Positions 33,516 to 42,376 of a DNA stretch of 64,000 bases are shown here, piece by piece. Where the stretch lies: the IMG/VR virus record IMGVR_UViG_3300046522_000316, positions 128,001 through 192,000 of that record; one strand, written 5' to 3'. A model generated the notes under the pieces. The model did no database searches and was not told the DNA's origin. It worked only from the letters and a program-made list of their open reading frames with translations. Made by a program: the position numbers and the translations under genes. This stretch comes from a virus. Taxonomy: Duplodnaviria > Caudoviricetes. How positions within the stretch are numbered: position 1 is the first letter of the stretch; every line of letters starts with the position of its first letter.

Positions 33516-34223
33516 TTATACGTCCTGTGGTTTTGGCGGTTGGGCCATCTGCCATTTGTAGTAAACGGCGATTTGGTCGGTGTGGTCGATCATGCGGCGG
33601 TGCATGAAAGAATCGGTATAAACCGGAATGCTTTTGTACCAGCCGAGGTGCCCATTGAAGTGCTTTTCAATGTCCGGCTCACGGCGCATTTCCCAAACTT
33701 CGTTGTTCATCGCCTCGTTAAATTCCGGCACCAAACGCGCAGGGATCAGGATAAGTTCCGGACGGCTTGCAGATTTGAACAGCAGTTCGCTCCACTGGTC
33801 GCCCTTCACTACGCAGTATTTCGCGCAGTCAACTTTCGCCGCGTAATACGGTGTGCGTTGGTATTCCAGTTGACGACTGAACTTGCCGCCCCACTGACCG
33901 AAAATGATTGGCGCACCGCGCACATAGGAGCGCTTCGGATCAGCGTAAACATCCGAAAAGATTTCAACCGAATTCACGGTGCCGATGAAACCACCTTCGC
34001 GGTTTTCGGGAGTCATTGGCGCCAGCTGAATGCAGGTTGTTTCCTTTTCCCACTTCACCAGCAAATCCATGTACGGCGCTGGCAGCAGAACGTAGGTTGC
34101 ATTCGACGACATGTCGAGAAACAGCCCCAAAGATTCGTGATTGTCTTTCGCGAAAAACGTTTGCCCATCACGTGGCAAATCCCAGTGGTTGAAAATATCT
34201 TCGACCGCTACATCATTATTCAC
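33516..34223 (-). CDS. hypothetical protein with two internal repeats resembling a capsid A-domain segment
   Basis: YVLLPAPY...GGFIGTVNSVEIFSDVY and LILIPARL...NGHLGWYKSIPVYTDSF. Confidence 0.7.
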   Translation of the reverse strand: MNNDVAVEDIFNHWDLPRDGQTFFAKDNHESLGLFLDMSSNATYVLLPAPYMDLLVKWEKETTCIQLAPMTPENREGGFIGTVNSVEIFSDVYADPKRSYVRGAPIIFGQWGGKFSRQLEYQRTPYYAAKVDCAKYCVVKGDQWSELLFKSASRPELILIPARLVPEFNEAMNNEVWEMRREPDIEKHFNGHLGWYKSIPVYTDSFMHRRMIDHTDQIAVYYKWQMAQPPKPQDV

Positions 34224-34235
34224 AGTATTTGTTCC

Positions 34236-34679
34236 TTACAGAAAGTAATCGGAAAGGCGGGCCTGTGACTGGCGCATTTCCACCTTGTGTGGCGTCGGGT
34301 CATTCCAACACGTTGTGAGAAATACATCCCACATTTTCATCATCGTGTCGATCATCGCTTGTGGGCTACCACGATCCGAATAACGCTTGTGGTAATCCGC
34401 TTTCAGGTCGGCACTCGGGTAGAACAAAACGAATGGGATTTGCTCACTCCACAAACCCACACGCAGGTTCAACCACGTAGGCAGCAGCACAGTGACACCC
34501 GGAATTTTCAGAGCCGTTCGAATCCGCTCAATGTATTGCGGAATATCGTCTTTCAACTCCGGCAAATCGAGGTCAACAAACGATAGGTTATTCTGCGTCA
34601 GTCTTGATTTACCAACGCCGGGAAAACCGCAGATAACGCGCACGCCTTCGGGCATCCTGTATTTGTCATGGGCTGTCAT
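34236..34679 (-). CDS. small P-loop (nucleotide kinase-like) protein
   Basis: RVICGFPGVGKS Walker A near the N-terminus, followed by VDLD. Confidence 0.7.
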   Translation of the reverse strand: MTAHDKYRMPEGVRVICGFPGVGKSRLTQNNLSFVDLDLPELKDDIPQYIERIRTALKIPGVTVLLPTWLNLRVGLWSEQIPFVLFYPSADLKADYHKRYSDRGSPQAMIDTMMKMWDVFLTTCWNDPTPHKVEMRQSQARLSDYFL

Positions 34680-35200
34680 TCTTGCAGAGGCTCCCCGTCG
34701 TAATCTTGAAGTGGTGTTTTAGCAGCGACCGGTTGTGTCGGAATATCTTCGTCTGGCGCCATTTCACGCGCAAACAAATCCATGGCGTACCAAACCATCA
34801 TGTAATATTCGCTGTCTTTATATTCGTCGCCATCGTAAACGCGGCGGTGGGCGTCGTCGTGAACTTCTTTCCATTCATACAGGAAACGCCCGGTGGCCCC
34901 GGCAAACATTTCGTCGATGATTTGCGCCATCGTCCGCTGCATGTGGTATGCCTTCGGAATATTCGCAGTCAGCAGCTTTTTATCGAAGTTTGCGAACGCT
35001 ACAAACTCGGGCAATACGCGGTCGTAAAACTGCACGATCCAACCCATGCTTTCGAGCATTTCCTGCCATGCCCAAATGTCGTTGGTGAACTCGCCACAAT
35101 CACCGCGTGCCAGCCAACGCTTTTTAAAATCAGCGTTGAATTCATCCCGTGTTTTCTGTGCGCGCTCTTCCTCTGACGGGAATTCGGATACGTTGGTCAT
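34676..35200 (-). CDS. hypothetical protein
   Basis: 174-aa ORF, coupled overlaps. Confidence 0.7.
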   Translation of the reverse strand: MTNVSEFPSEEERAQKTRDEFNADFKKRWLARGDCGEFTNDIWAWQEMLESMGWIVQFYDRVLPEFVAFANFDKKLLTANIPKAYHMQRTMAQIIDEMFAGATGRFLYEWKEVHDDAHRRVYDGDEYKDSEYYMMVWYAMDLFAREMAPDEDIPTQPVAAKTPLQDYDGEPLQE

Positions 35201-35592
35201 GCAAGCACCGTCGCCGTTTGATTGGTTGGATAAATCACCGCGACTTTCTGGAACTTGTCCGGTGTGTATTGTGGGTCAGGCCGCATAACGGTGCCGGAAC
35301 AAATGCAGGCACACGCCGTTTTATCGTCAGGCATATTAACCATCATGCAATCGGGACTGCCCTGCTCACGCAATTGAAACAGCGTCATGTAACTGACTGC
35401 CAACAGGCGCCCGTTTTGCTGCGCAGTTTCGAACGCGGCGGGCCACAAAGTATCGTAGTCGAATTTCATGAAATGTTCTTTCATCGCACGCAATTCATCA
35501 CGTTTCATATCGTGACGACCGCACACCAGCGTCAGGCCCAACGCCAAGTGTTCCAGCGGAACTTCCCGTGGCATTTCTACGTGTGGAATCAT
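35197..35592 (-). CDS. hypothetical protein
   Basis: ATG 35592 (MIPHVEMPREV...) lies 5 nt after the thyA stop. The ORF-track start at 35922 lies inside thyA. Confidence 0.65.
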   Translation of the reverse strand: MIPHVEMPREVPLEHLALGLTLVCGRHDMKRDELRAMKEHFMKFDYDTLWPAAFETAQQNGRLLAVSYMTLFQLREQGSPDCMMVNMPDDKTACACICSGTVMRPDPQYTPDKFQKVAVIYPTNQTATVLA

Positions 35593-35597
35593 CGTGA

Positions 35598-36998
35598 TTA
35601 ATTTCCTGCAATTGGCGCTTTGATTGTGTCGTAGGATTCGTAACCGACCAGTTCGATATCTTCGACTTTGATACCACGAATCGAATCGACGGGGCCGCAA
35701 TTGATTTTCAGCTTCGGCGCCTTGTGGATAATCGGACGTTGCAACTGTTTTGCGACTGCATCCATGTGGTTCAGGTAAATGTGCGCATCGCCTTCCGTTA
35801 CGTGGAAGAAACGAGCGGTCAGGCCGTGCGCGTGCGCCAGCATTTCGGTAAGCATTGCGTACTGCGCAACGTTGAACGGCATGCCGAGGAAAATATCGTT
35901 CGAACGCATGAACAATTTGCAATCGAGGAAATGTTTCCCGTCTTTGTCAGTAACCGAACTGACGTTCCACTGGGCCAGCGTGTGGCATGGCGGCAATTGC
36001 ATTTCGTCCAACTGCGCAACGTTCCAGCCGGTCAGGATAATGCGACGACCTGCAATGTGTTTGTCGAGTTTCCCTTGGTGGAAAAGCACTTCGTTTTTGA
36101 TTGCTTCTTCAACCAGTTTAATCTGGTCGATTTCGCGGCGGATTGCTACGTGCCCACGACCGTTTTCAAAACCTGTATGAGAGAAACCACGCGAACCGTA
36201 TTTTTCCCACGCATTGTCGTAAAGTTCACTGGCCGGAATAAAACGAATGTCTTCCCATGCGCACCACTGCTTGCCGTACAGCGGCCCCAAATAACCGTCA
36301 CTCAACGCGTTTTCCGGAATGCCCCAGTTATTGAGTTTCATATCCAGTGCATCAAGCTGATCCGCAGTAGCTGCCGAGCTATCCAGCGTGAAATAGATTT
36401 CCGGATCTTTGAACGTGGACGGAACAGAAGGGACGCCCAAATCACGAAGGAATTGTCGAGCCGACAATAGCTGGCCTGACGTACAAAAATTCAAACGCTC
36501 CAACGTATCCAGTTTGCGACCTTCGTAAACCTCGGTGCCGGGCTTAACGTTGCCGTCCCAAATATTTACGTTCATTTCTTTCAGCGATTTCAGGTCGCAT
36601 TTGCCTTCGAGCATCCAGCGAATGGTTTCCTTTTTCATCGTAAGGAACATGAGACGCTTGCCGGTAATTGCCGGGAAATTTACACGCAAATCGAACTTCA
36701 GATTCACGTCACCGAATGCAGACATGGTTCCGATTTTGGTACGGTCTACGCGGCGCTCGCCGGTTTCCATAATGAAACGCAGCCAGTCGTTGTACTGATG
36801 GTCGAACGGGTTGTCTTCGAAGCTGACCTGTTCGCCACCGACGTACAGCAATTTTTCGATAGTGGTGTGTTTGATTTCACGCGGGCGACCGTCAGCCATC
36901 GTCTGATCACCAAAATCAATCGCATATTCTTTGCCTACGACGGTGTAGCCCTTTTGTTCGAAGGCTTCGACGGAGAGTTTCTGCTTACCGATGTTCAT
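35598..36998 (-). CDS. thyA: thymidylate synthase with large insertions (466 aa)
   Basis: DRTKIGT, FDLRVNFPAITGK, NIWD, LGPLYGKQW, RRIILTGWN, LPPCH, RSNDIFLGMPFN and GDAHIYLNH. AAGGAG upstream. Confidence 0.93.
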   Translation of the reverse strand: MNIGKQKLSVEAFEQKGYTVVGKEYAIDFGDQTMADGRPREIKHTTIEKLLYVGGEQVSFEDNPFDHQYNDWLRFIMETGERRVDRTKIGTMSAFGDVNLKFDLRVNFPAITGKRLMFLTMKKETIRWMLEGKCDLKSLKEMNVNIWDGNVKPGTEVYEGRKLDTLERLNFCTSGQLLSARQFLRDLGVPSVPSTFKDPEIYFTLDSSAATADQLDALDMKLNNWGIPENALSDGYLGPLYGKQWCAWEDIRFIPASELYDNAWEKYGSRGFSHTGFENGRGHVAIRREIDQIKLVEEAIKNEVLFHQGKLDKHIAGRRIILTGWNVAQLDEMQLPPCHTLAQWNVSSVTDKDGKHFLDCKLFMRSNDIFLGMPFNVAQYAMLTEMLAHAHGLTARFFHVTEGDAHIYLNHMDAVAKQLQRPIIHKAPKLKINCGPVDSIRGIKVEDIELVGYESYDTIKAPIAGN

Positions 36999-37050
36999 AA
37001 CAACTCCTTTAAAAAGGCATTAATTGCCTGTTGTGCGTAATTTACTTATA

Positions 37051-37064
37051 TACATTATTTACAG
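37051..37064 (-). promoter_or_regulatory. candidate phage promoter element CTGTAAATAATGTA (second copy)
   Basis: Identical to 9321-9334. Lies in the AT-rich divergent gap and points at thyA. Confidence 0.55.
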
Positions 37065-37090
37065 TATTCCATGCACTGGGGGAACCACAC

Positions 37091-37384
37091 ATGGGCCAAC
37101 CTAACGTTCGTATCAATACTGACCTTTCCAGCGGTCACGGCTGCTGGCCTCCTACGTTGCCGATTCAGGCGTCAATGAACGTCTTCTGCAATGGGCTGGC
37201 TGAAGTGCGCGTAGGCGATGCGTACATGGTTCACCTTTGCCCCGGTAAAGGCGCACACCAAGGCAAGGCATTAACCGGCGCCACAAAAACATTCACCAAC
37301 GGCAAATTGGTTCACACCGTGGGCGGCGCTATTGATTGCGGCGACTTCGCGCAGAACGGTAGCCCTAACGTTTTCTCGGGATAA
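37091..37384 (+). CDS. PAAR-domain spike tip (gp5.4-like)
   Basis: DLSSGHGCWPP...SMNVFCNGLAEVRVGD...H...TFTNGKLVHTVG..IDCGD...GSPNVF. Start ATG 37091. Confidence 0.88.
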   Translation: MGQPNVRINTDLSSGHGCWPPTLPIQASMNVFCNGLAEVRVGDAYMVHLCPGKGAHQGKALTGATKTFTNGKLVHTVGGAIDCGDFAQNGSPNVFSG

Positions 37385-37387
37385 ATC

Positions 37388-37774
37388 ATGGTTGATAAAA
37401 CATATCGGTTCTCGGACGTAAGTCTGTACGCCGAACAAATGCAAAACGCTTTGGTATTTGACGAAGATTCCGTCAACCAAAACATCCTGATGATTCTGGC
37501 TACACCGATTCGCAGCGCATGGTTTAACCCGTCGATTGGTTGCTTGATTCCTGAATACCTTTTTGATCCGGTGGACGAATTCACCGCTGACAAAATCAAA
37601 GACGAAATCATTAGCGTATTGCCGCGCAATTTTGAAACCCGTGTGATTGTTACCGGGTGCATTGTTGTGCCGATGCCTGATGATGGGCTGTTCTACGTCA
37701 CCATCCAATACGATGCGCCCGACCTGAACAAAACCAAAATCGTTTTCAACTTTAACTTGGGCCGGACATTATGA
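37388..37774 (+). CDS. baseplate wedge subunit, gp25-like
   Basis: DEDSVNQNILMILATPIRSAWFNPSIGCLIPEYLFDP matches the gpW/gp25 pattern. Confidence 0.85.
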   Translation: MVDKTYRFSDVSLYAEQMQNALVFDEDSVNQNILMILATPIRSAWFNPSIGCLIPEYLFDPVDEFTADKIKDEIISVLPRNFETRVIVTGCIVVPMPDDGLFYVTIQYDAPDLNKTKIVFNFNLGRTL

Positions 37775-39234
37775 GTGAACGTGACGCTTTTCCTACATCG
37801 GTCGTTGACCTCGACGAATCTGCACTTTTCTTTGCAGAAAAATTGCGTGAAACAGGCGTGTGGGATGACATGCTGCCGACAAACGTTGGCGCATTCATTC
37901 AGCGTATTTTCGCGGGTTCTGCTGTCGGCCATCAACACGGTATCCACACCGCCGCACGTAACGCGTTTTTCGGAACTGCGCAGCGTGATTCCTCGATCTA
38001 TGCATTGACTCGCGGCCACGGTGTTTTCATGGAACGTCGGGCCGGTGCGTCGGTGACTGTGCGCATGCGTAACGGTTATCCGAACACAATGTTTGTGCCG
38101 CCATTCAGCCAGCACGTTGTGGACAGCACACCGTTTTATAATCCGGCGCAATATTACGTTGTTTCCGGACAGACCACCGATATCATCCTGACGCAGGGCG
38201 TTATCAAAACCAAAACGTTCGACCTCGACGCAATTCCAAATCTCGACCTGTTTGAATTCTTGATGGGTGAACCGGGTTTCAATGTCAGCACCGATCTTTA
38301 TGTGACGACCACTGATAAAAACACTGGCAACACCCGCACGTGGGAACCAACGGAACGCGGCCTGTACGAATACACGGCTGACGATTACGTTTATTTCCAT
38401 AGCACTACGGCCAGCGGCGACGTGTCGTTGATTTTCGGTACTGGTGAATACGGCGCGAAATTGCCGACTAAATCCACGCTGACAATTCGCTACGTTGTGA
38501 ACGAAGGCACGAAGCACAATGCGAAACTGCCGGGCATTCGTACCAGCTACATCGCCAGCCCAATGATTCAGGGCGAAACGCTGGAAACCACCAGTGGCGG
38601 CGCCGATCCGAAAACAGCAGCGTACTACCGCACTTATGCGCCGGTTCTTTACCGCGCAAAAGACAAGTGGATTTCCGTTGAAGAAATTGCGGCGGGTATT
38701 CGGAAATATCCGGGCGTTGCTGACTGCGCAGTTTTGGGCCAGCGCGATATTGCACCAGAAGATAAAACGTGGATGAACACAATCCGCGTTTGTGTGCTTC
38801 CGGAAAACACCGATAACTGGGGCGGATCGAATCCAAATCCTAAATCGGCAAGCTGGCAACAATTCGTCACGTGGCTGCAACCGAAACTGCATGGCTCGCT
38901 CGAAGTGCAGGCGTGGAACCCTAGCCAAGTGCTGGTGAAAGTTCAGGTGCAAATTGCGTTCTTCAGCTGGGCCGCACCGAACGTAGAAAACCTGATGCAA
39001 CAAATCGAAGAACGTATTTACGCACTGTTCAAAAAACGTCACGGAATTCTCAAACGTCGCGTGTCGAAATCCGACATTGAAAAGGCCTGCCGTCTGCCGA
39101 CCGGTGAAGTGGATTACATCGAAGTTCTGTCGCCAATTGAGCGGTCGATTGTTTTGGAAGATCCGACTTCCTATTGCGTGTTGGCTGAAAAGCCTTTGCT
39201 GATTCCTGTGATTTCGGAGCGTGTGGATGAATAA
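37771..39234 (+). CDS. baseplate wedge subunit, gp6/baseplate J-like
   Basis: AFFGTAQRDSSIYALTRGHG, LIFGTGEYGAKLP...TIRYVVNEG, GGADP...YRAKDKWIS..E...YPGVAD. Confidence 0.85.
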   Translation: MSERDAFPTSVVDLDESALFFAEKLRETGVWDDMLPTNVGAFIQRIFAGSAVGHQHGIHTAARNAFFGTAQRDSSIYALTRGHGVFMERRAGASVTVRMRNGYPNTMFVPPFSQHVVDSTPFYNPAQYYVVSGQTTDIILTQGVIKTKTFDLDAIPNLDLFEFLMGEPGFNVSTDLYVTTTDKNTGNTRTWEPTERGLYEYTADDYVYFHSTTASGDVSLIFGTGEYGAKLPTKSTLTIRYVVNEGTKHNAKLPGIRTSYIASPMIQGETLETTSGGADPKTAAYYRTYAPVLYRAKDKWISVEEIAAGIRKYPGVADCAVLGQRDIAPEDKTWMNTIRVCVLPENTDNWGGSNPNPKSASWQQFVTWLQPKLHGSLEVQAWNPSQVLVKVQVQIAFFSWAAPNVENLMQQIEERIYALFKKRHGILKRRVSKSDIEKACRLPTGEVDYIEVLSPIERSIVLEDPTSYCVLAEKPLLIPVISERVDE

Positions 39235-42200
39235 GATTGATTTTTCCGAATTGGATGTTGAATTCATCCGTTCGGAACCATTGTGGGGCGCCTTTCTCGA
39301 AGCCGTGCAGGAATTCCTGACGGCGCAAGTTCGTGACCCGTTGTCGCAGGTAATGGATATTCGCGATATCAAGGCCACGACGCCGCTTGTGTTTGTTAAA
39401 CAGGCGTTGAAAGACCTCGGAATTACCCTGCCGCCTGATATGATTGTTGACCCGGAACGTTTGTACAATTCCATGTACATGATTCCGCTTCTGCACCAAG
39501 TCACCGGCCTCGAATCTGCCACGCGAATGATTGCCTATATCTTGGGCCGTCGCGTGGTTTCGCGTGACCTCTACACCGAGGATTATATTTCGTTTTATGA
39601 GGAACCGTTGGGCGCGCTGCGTATCGACGGCGGCACGTGGTACAAAACAACGCACATCAATCTGGAAATGCAGAAAGTTCCTGCTGACCAGCGCATTACT
39701 TTGCCCACCGGCACAACGCTGAAGGATCGCTTCCTTTCGGCGTTTTTCTCGTTGGCGCCCGTGAACCTCGTTATCGACCAATTCTTTTTCAGTATTGAAA
39801 TCGAAAACATGGATGATTTCGCGATTCAGGGTGTGGTGTATCGCCAGCCAATGCGCCGCCTGATTTGTGATGCGGATTATTCGTTGGATAATGCTGTGTT
39901 TGCAATCGACGGCCCGGACACAGTGAACACCGGGGAATCGGCAAGCTATCGCCTGATCACCAAGGGTCAAGAATTCGAATCGAACGAATGGACTTCTACG
40001 CATCCCGGTTTGGTTTCGGTTAAACAGGGATTCGCTACGTTCTCCGGATTCCAACAGGATACTTTGATTACTTTGCAGGCCACCATTCGCGGCCAGATCG
40101 TCACCAAAAACGTGACAGTTAAAATGGGCATGCAAGATATTCGAATGCTGGTTATCGACGGCCCGGATGAAATCCTTTCGACACAATCCGGCGATTATCG
40201 TGTGGTGGTTTATCACTCGACGGGCAACGACGTTATTCCGGTTGACCTGAAAGTTTTGAGTCCCTACGCGTATTTCGTGGGCAGCACTTTGCACGGTCGC
40301 AACCTGACCGAGGATCAAGAAGTTTTGGTCAGTTGCAAAGTTGTAATCAATGGCATTTCTTACGCCGCTTCCAAACACGTGAAAATGCGTTTCGTTGATC
40401 CGAATGTGCATTTGGTTGGCCTCACTATTTCCGGTGCAAACCGTTTGAAAGAGGGATCAGCTTCGCAGCTTTATGCGACTGCGTTTTTCTCTGACGGTTC
40501 GAGCGCCGATGTATTGTCTAACTGGGGTTCGAGTTCGCCTGTCGTTGCAATTGATAACGGGCTAGCTTCGACGATGTTGGTAAACGGCGAAACCGATGTG
40601 GAAATCACCGCTGAATATGGTTTCCGTCAAATCGTAATGACCGCGCAGCACGAAGCCACGGTTTATCCGGAATTCCTGCAACAGGCGAGTCTTTCGATCA
40701 TTGGCCCAACGCTCGTTAGCGAAATGGAACGTGCGCAATATACCTGTCTGGCAATTATGTCTGACGGCACTTCGACCACCGTTGTTCCTGAATGGTTTGT
40801 AACGGAATTTCAAATCAGTCCTACCGGTGTTTTCACAGCCGGTTATGTTGACGATCAAATCAACATGGAAGTGCGCGCACAATACGGCGGAATGACTCAA
40901 GTTCTTCCGATCACCGTAGAGCGCCCACCGGTCACGCTGCAACAATTGCTGATCGTTGGCCCCGACACGGTGAAAGAAGGGAATATCAACCGCTACGAAG
41001 CCTACGCGCAATACACTGACGGCCACATTAAACCAATCGAACCTATTTGGGCACTCAATCCAGTAATCGAATGGGCTGATTTGATCGAAGGCGAATTGCT
41101 CATTGGCCCGCCTGAAGAACCGCTGATCAATATGCAGGTTTCGTATGCGGAAGGTTCGCGGATTTATCAGCAGACAAAAACAATTGTTTGCATCGGTGCA
41201 ACAAACAGCATTCAAGGCCTGATGATCACAGGCCCGAACGAAGTAAATGCACTGGATCGAATTGTTCTCACGGCAACCGCGATGTATGAGGATGGTTCTT
41301 TTGCAACGGTGCATCCGCAGTGGGAAGTTTTCACGCTCGACGTTAACGCGGAATTCGTTGCTGCTGACATTGCAGGTTATGGCGTCGTTACCGGGCGCAA
41401 TGTTGATTTCGATATGCCTGTGACAATCCGTGCGACCTATTTCCAAGAAACCGCAGAATATACGGTGCTGGTGAAATATGTTGCGGTGAAAGGCCCCGAC
41501 GTTCCGGTCAGCAGTCGCATTATCGGTAACGCAGTTATTTATTCGACGCAAATTGCATCGTTTAGTCAGGCAATTCTGTTTAAACAATGCACGAATGAAT
41601 TGCTCGTTTCTTCAGATTGGACTGTCGATAATACGAACGTCGTCGTTGATGAAAACGGATTCGTTACCTGCAAACTCAATCAGGATATGACGTTCACAAT
41701 TACTGCCGTTTGGTCGTGTGGTGGATACACCGTTACGGATTCCATGGCGGTGACAGTTGTCCCGGTTGATGCTGCATATATCGGCCTCGGAATTACTGGC
41801 CCCGACACGATTCAAATCGGGGTAAAAGAACGTTACTCGGCTGAAGCGTACACGCCTGATTCCGGTATCGTTGCGGGCCAAGGTGTGCCAGTCACGCCGA
41901 AATGGCAAATCATTACGGACGCGTTGAATATTCACATGTTCGATGATGGTCAGGTGATGGTGCAAAACGCCGTAGTGAATCAGACGTTCACAATCAGCGG
42001 TGAATTCCAGTTCGAAAACACGATTGTAACCGGAACAAAAACGGTGCGTGTGTTGGGCAGCGGGCCGATCTATTGCACAGGCCAAGAAGAAACCGTAGAT
42101 TTCTCTACGTTGTTCTCCAAATCTATCATGATTTCCGAACAAGCTTTCCGCGATGATTTCGTGGGTTACGGTTACATGATGGTGCCAACTGTTTTCGGTG

Positions 42201-42376
42201 CCGTGAAGTTTTACGACGCGGTGACAAATACCGAAGGCGGATGGGGCGGGCCTGATGGTTCGAATATTCCAGCCATTCACAAAGAAACAACCAATGGCGT
42301 CGAAGTCAGCTGGTACGTGTATCGCACAATCGGTCACGACCTCGGCCAGAAGTCCTACAGGATTACATTCGGATGA
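39227..42376 (+). CDS. baseplate wedge subunit (gp7-like N-terminus) with ~8 tandem Ig-like repeats
   Basis: Follows the gp6-like gene. Repeats h.I.GP..h......Y.......DG occur from ~39900 to 42060. Start ATG 39227. Confidence 0.7.
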   Translation: MNKIDFSELDVEFIRSEPLWGAFLEAVQEFLTAQVRDPLSQVMDIRDIKATTPLVFVKQALKDLGITLPPDMIVDPERLYNSMYMIPLLHQVTGLESATRMIAYILGRRVVSRDLYTEDYISFYEEPLGALRIDGGTWYKTTHINLEMQKVPADQRITLPTGTTLKDRFLSAFFSLAPVNLVIDQFFFSIEIENMDDFAIQGVVYRQPMRRLICDADYSLDNAVFAIDGPDTVNTGESASYRLITKGQEFESNEWTSTHPGLVSVKQGFATFSGFQQDTLITLQATIRGQIVTKNVTVKMGMQDIRMLVIDGPDEILSTQSGDYRVVVYHSTGNDVIPVDLKVLSPYAYFVGSTLHGRNLTEDQEVLVSCKVVINGISYAASKHVKMRFVDPNVHLVGLTISGANRLKEGSASQLYATAFFSDGSSADVLSNWGSSSPVVAIDNGLASTMLVNGETDVEITAEYGFRQIVMTAQHEATVYPEFLQQASLSIIGPTLVSEMERAQYTCLAIMSDGTSTTVVPEWFVTEFQISPTGVFTAGYVDDQINMEVRAQYGGMTQVLPITVERPPVTLQQLLIVGPDTVKEGNINRYEAYAQYTDGHIKPIEPIWALNPVIEWADLIEGELLIGPPEEPLINMQVSYAEGSRIYQQTKTIVCIGATNSIQGLMITGPNEVNALDRIVLTATAMYEDGSFATVHPQWEVFTLDVNAEFVAADIAGYGVVTGRNVDFDMPVTIRATYFQETAEYTVLVKYVAVKGPDVPVSSRIIGNAVIYSTQIASFSQAILFKQCTNELLVSSDWTVDNTNVVVDENGFVTCKLNQDMTFTITAVWSCGGYTVTDSMAVTVVPVDAAYIGLGITGPDTIQIGVKERYSAEAYTPDSGIVAGQGVPVTPKWQIITDALNIHMFDDGQVMVQNAVVNQTFTISGEFQFENTIVTGTKTVRVLGSGPIYCTGQEETVDFSTLFSKSIMISEQAFRDDFVGYGYMMVPTVFGAVKFYDAVTNTEGGWGGPDGSNIPAIHKETTNGVEVSWYVYRTIGHDLGQKSYRITFG

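Noticed and set aside
35598-36998. thyA as a dCMP/dUMP hydroxymethylase (MRSND motif) indicating modified DNA
   Set aside because: It retains LG.PFN with the dUMP-selecting Asn and is co-operonic with DHFR, which a true thymidylate synthase needs. No glycosyltransferase or other base-modification genes are visible in the window.
35598-36998. Group I intron or intein explaining the enlarged thyA
   Set aside because: The frame is continuous with no stops. The inserts lack intein C/S...HN termini and homing endonuclease motifs.
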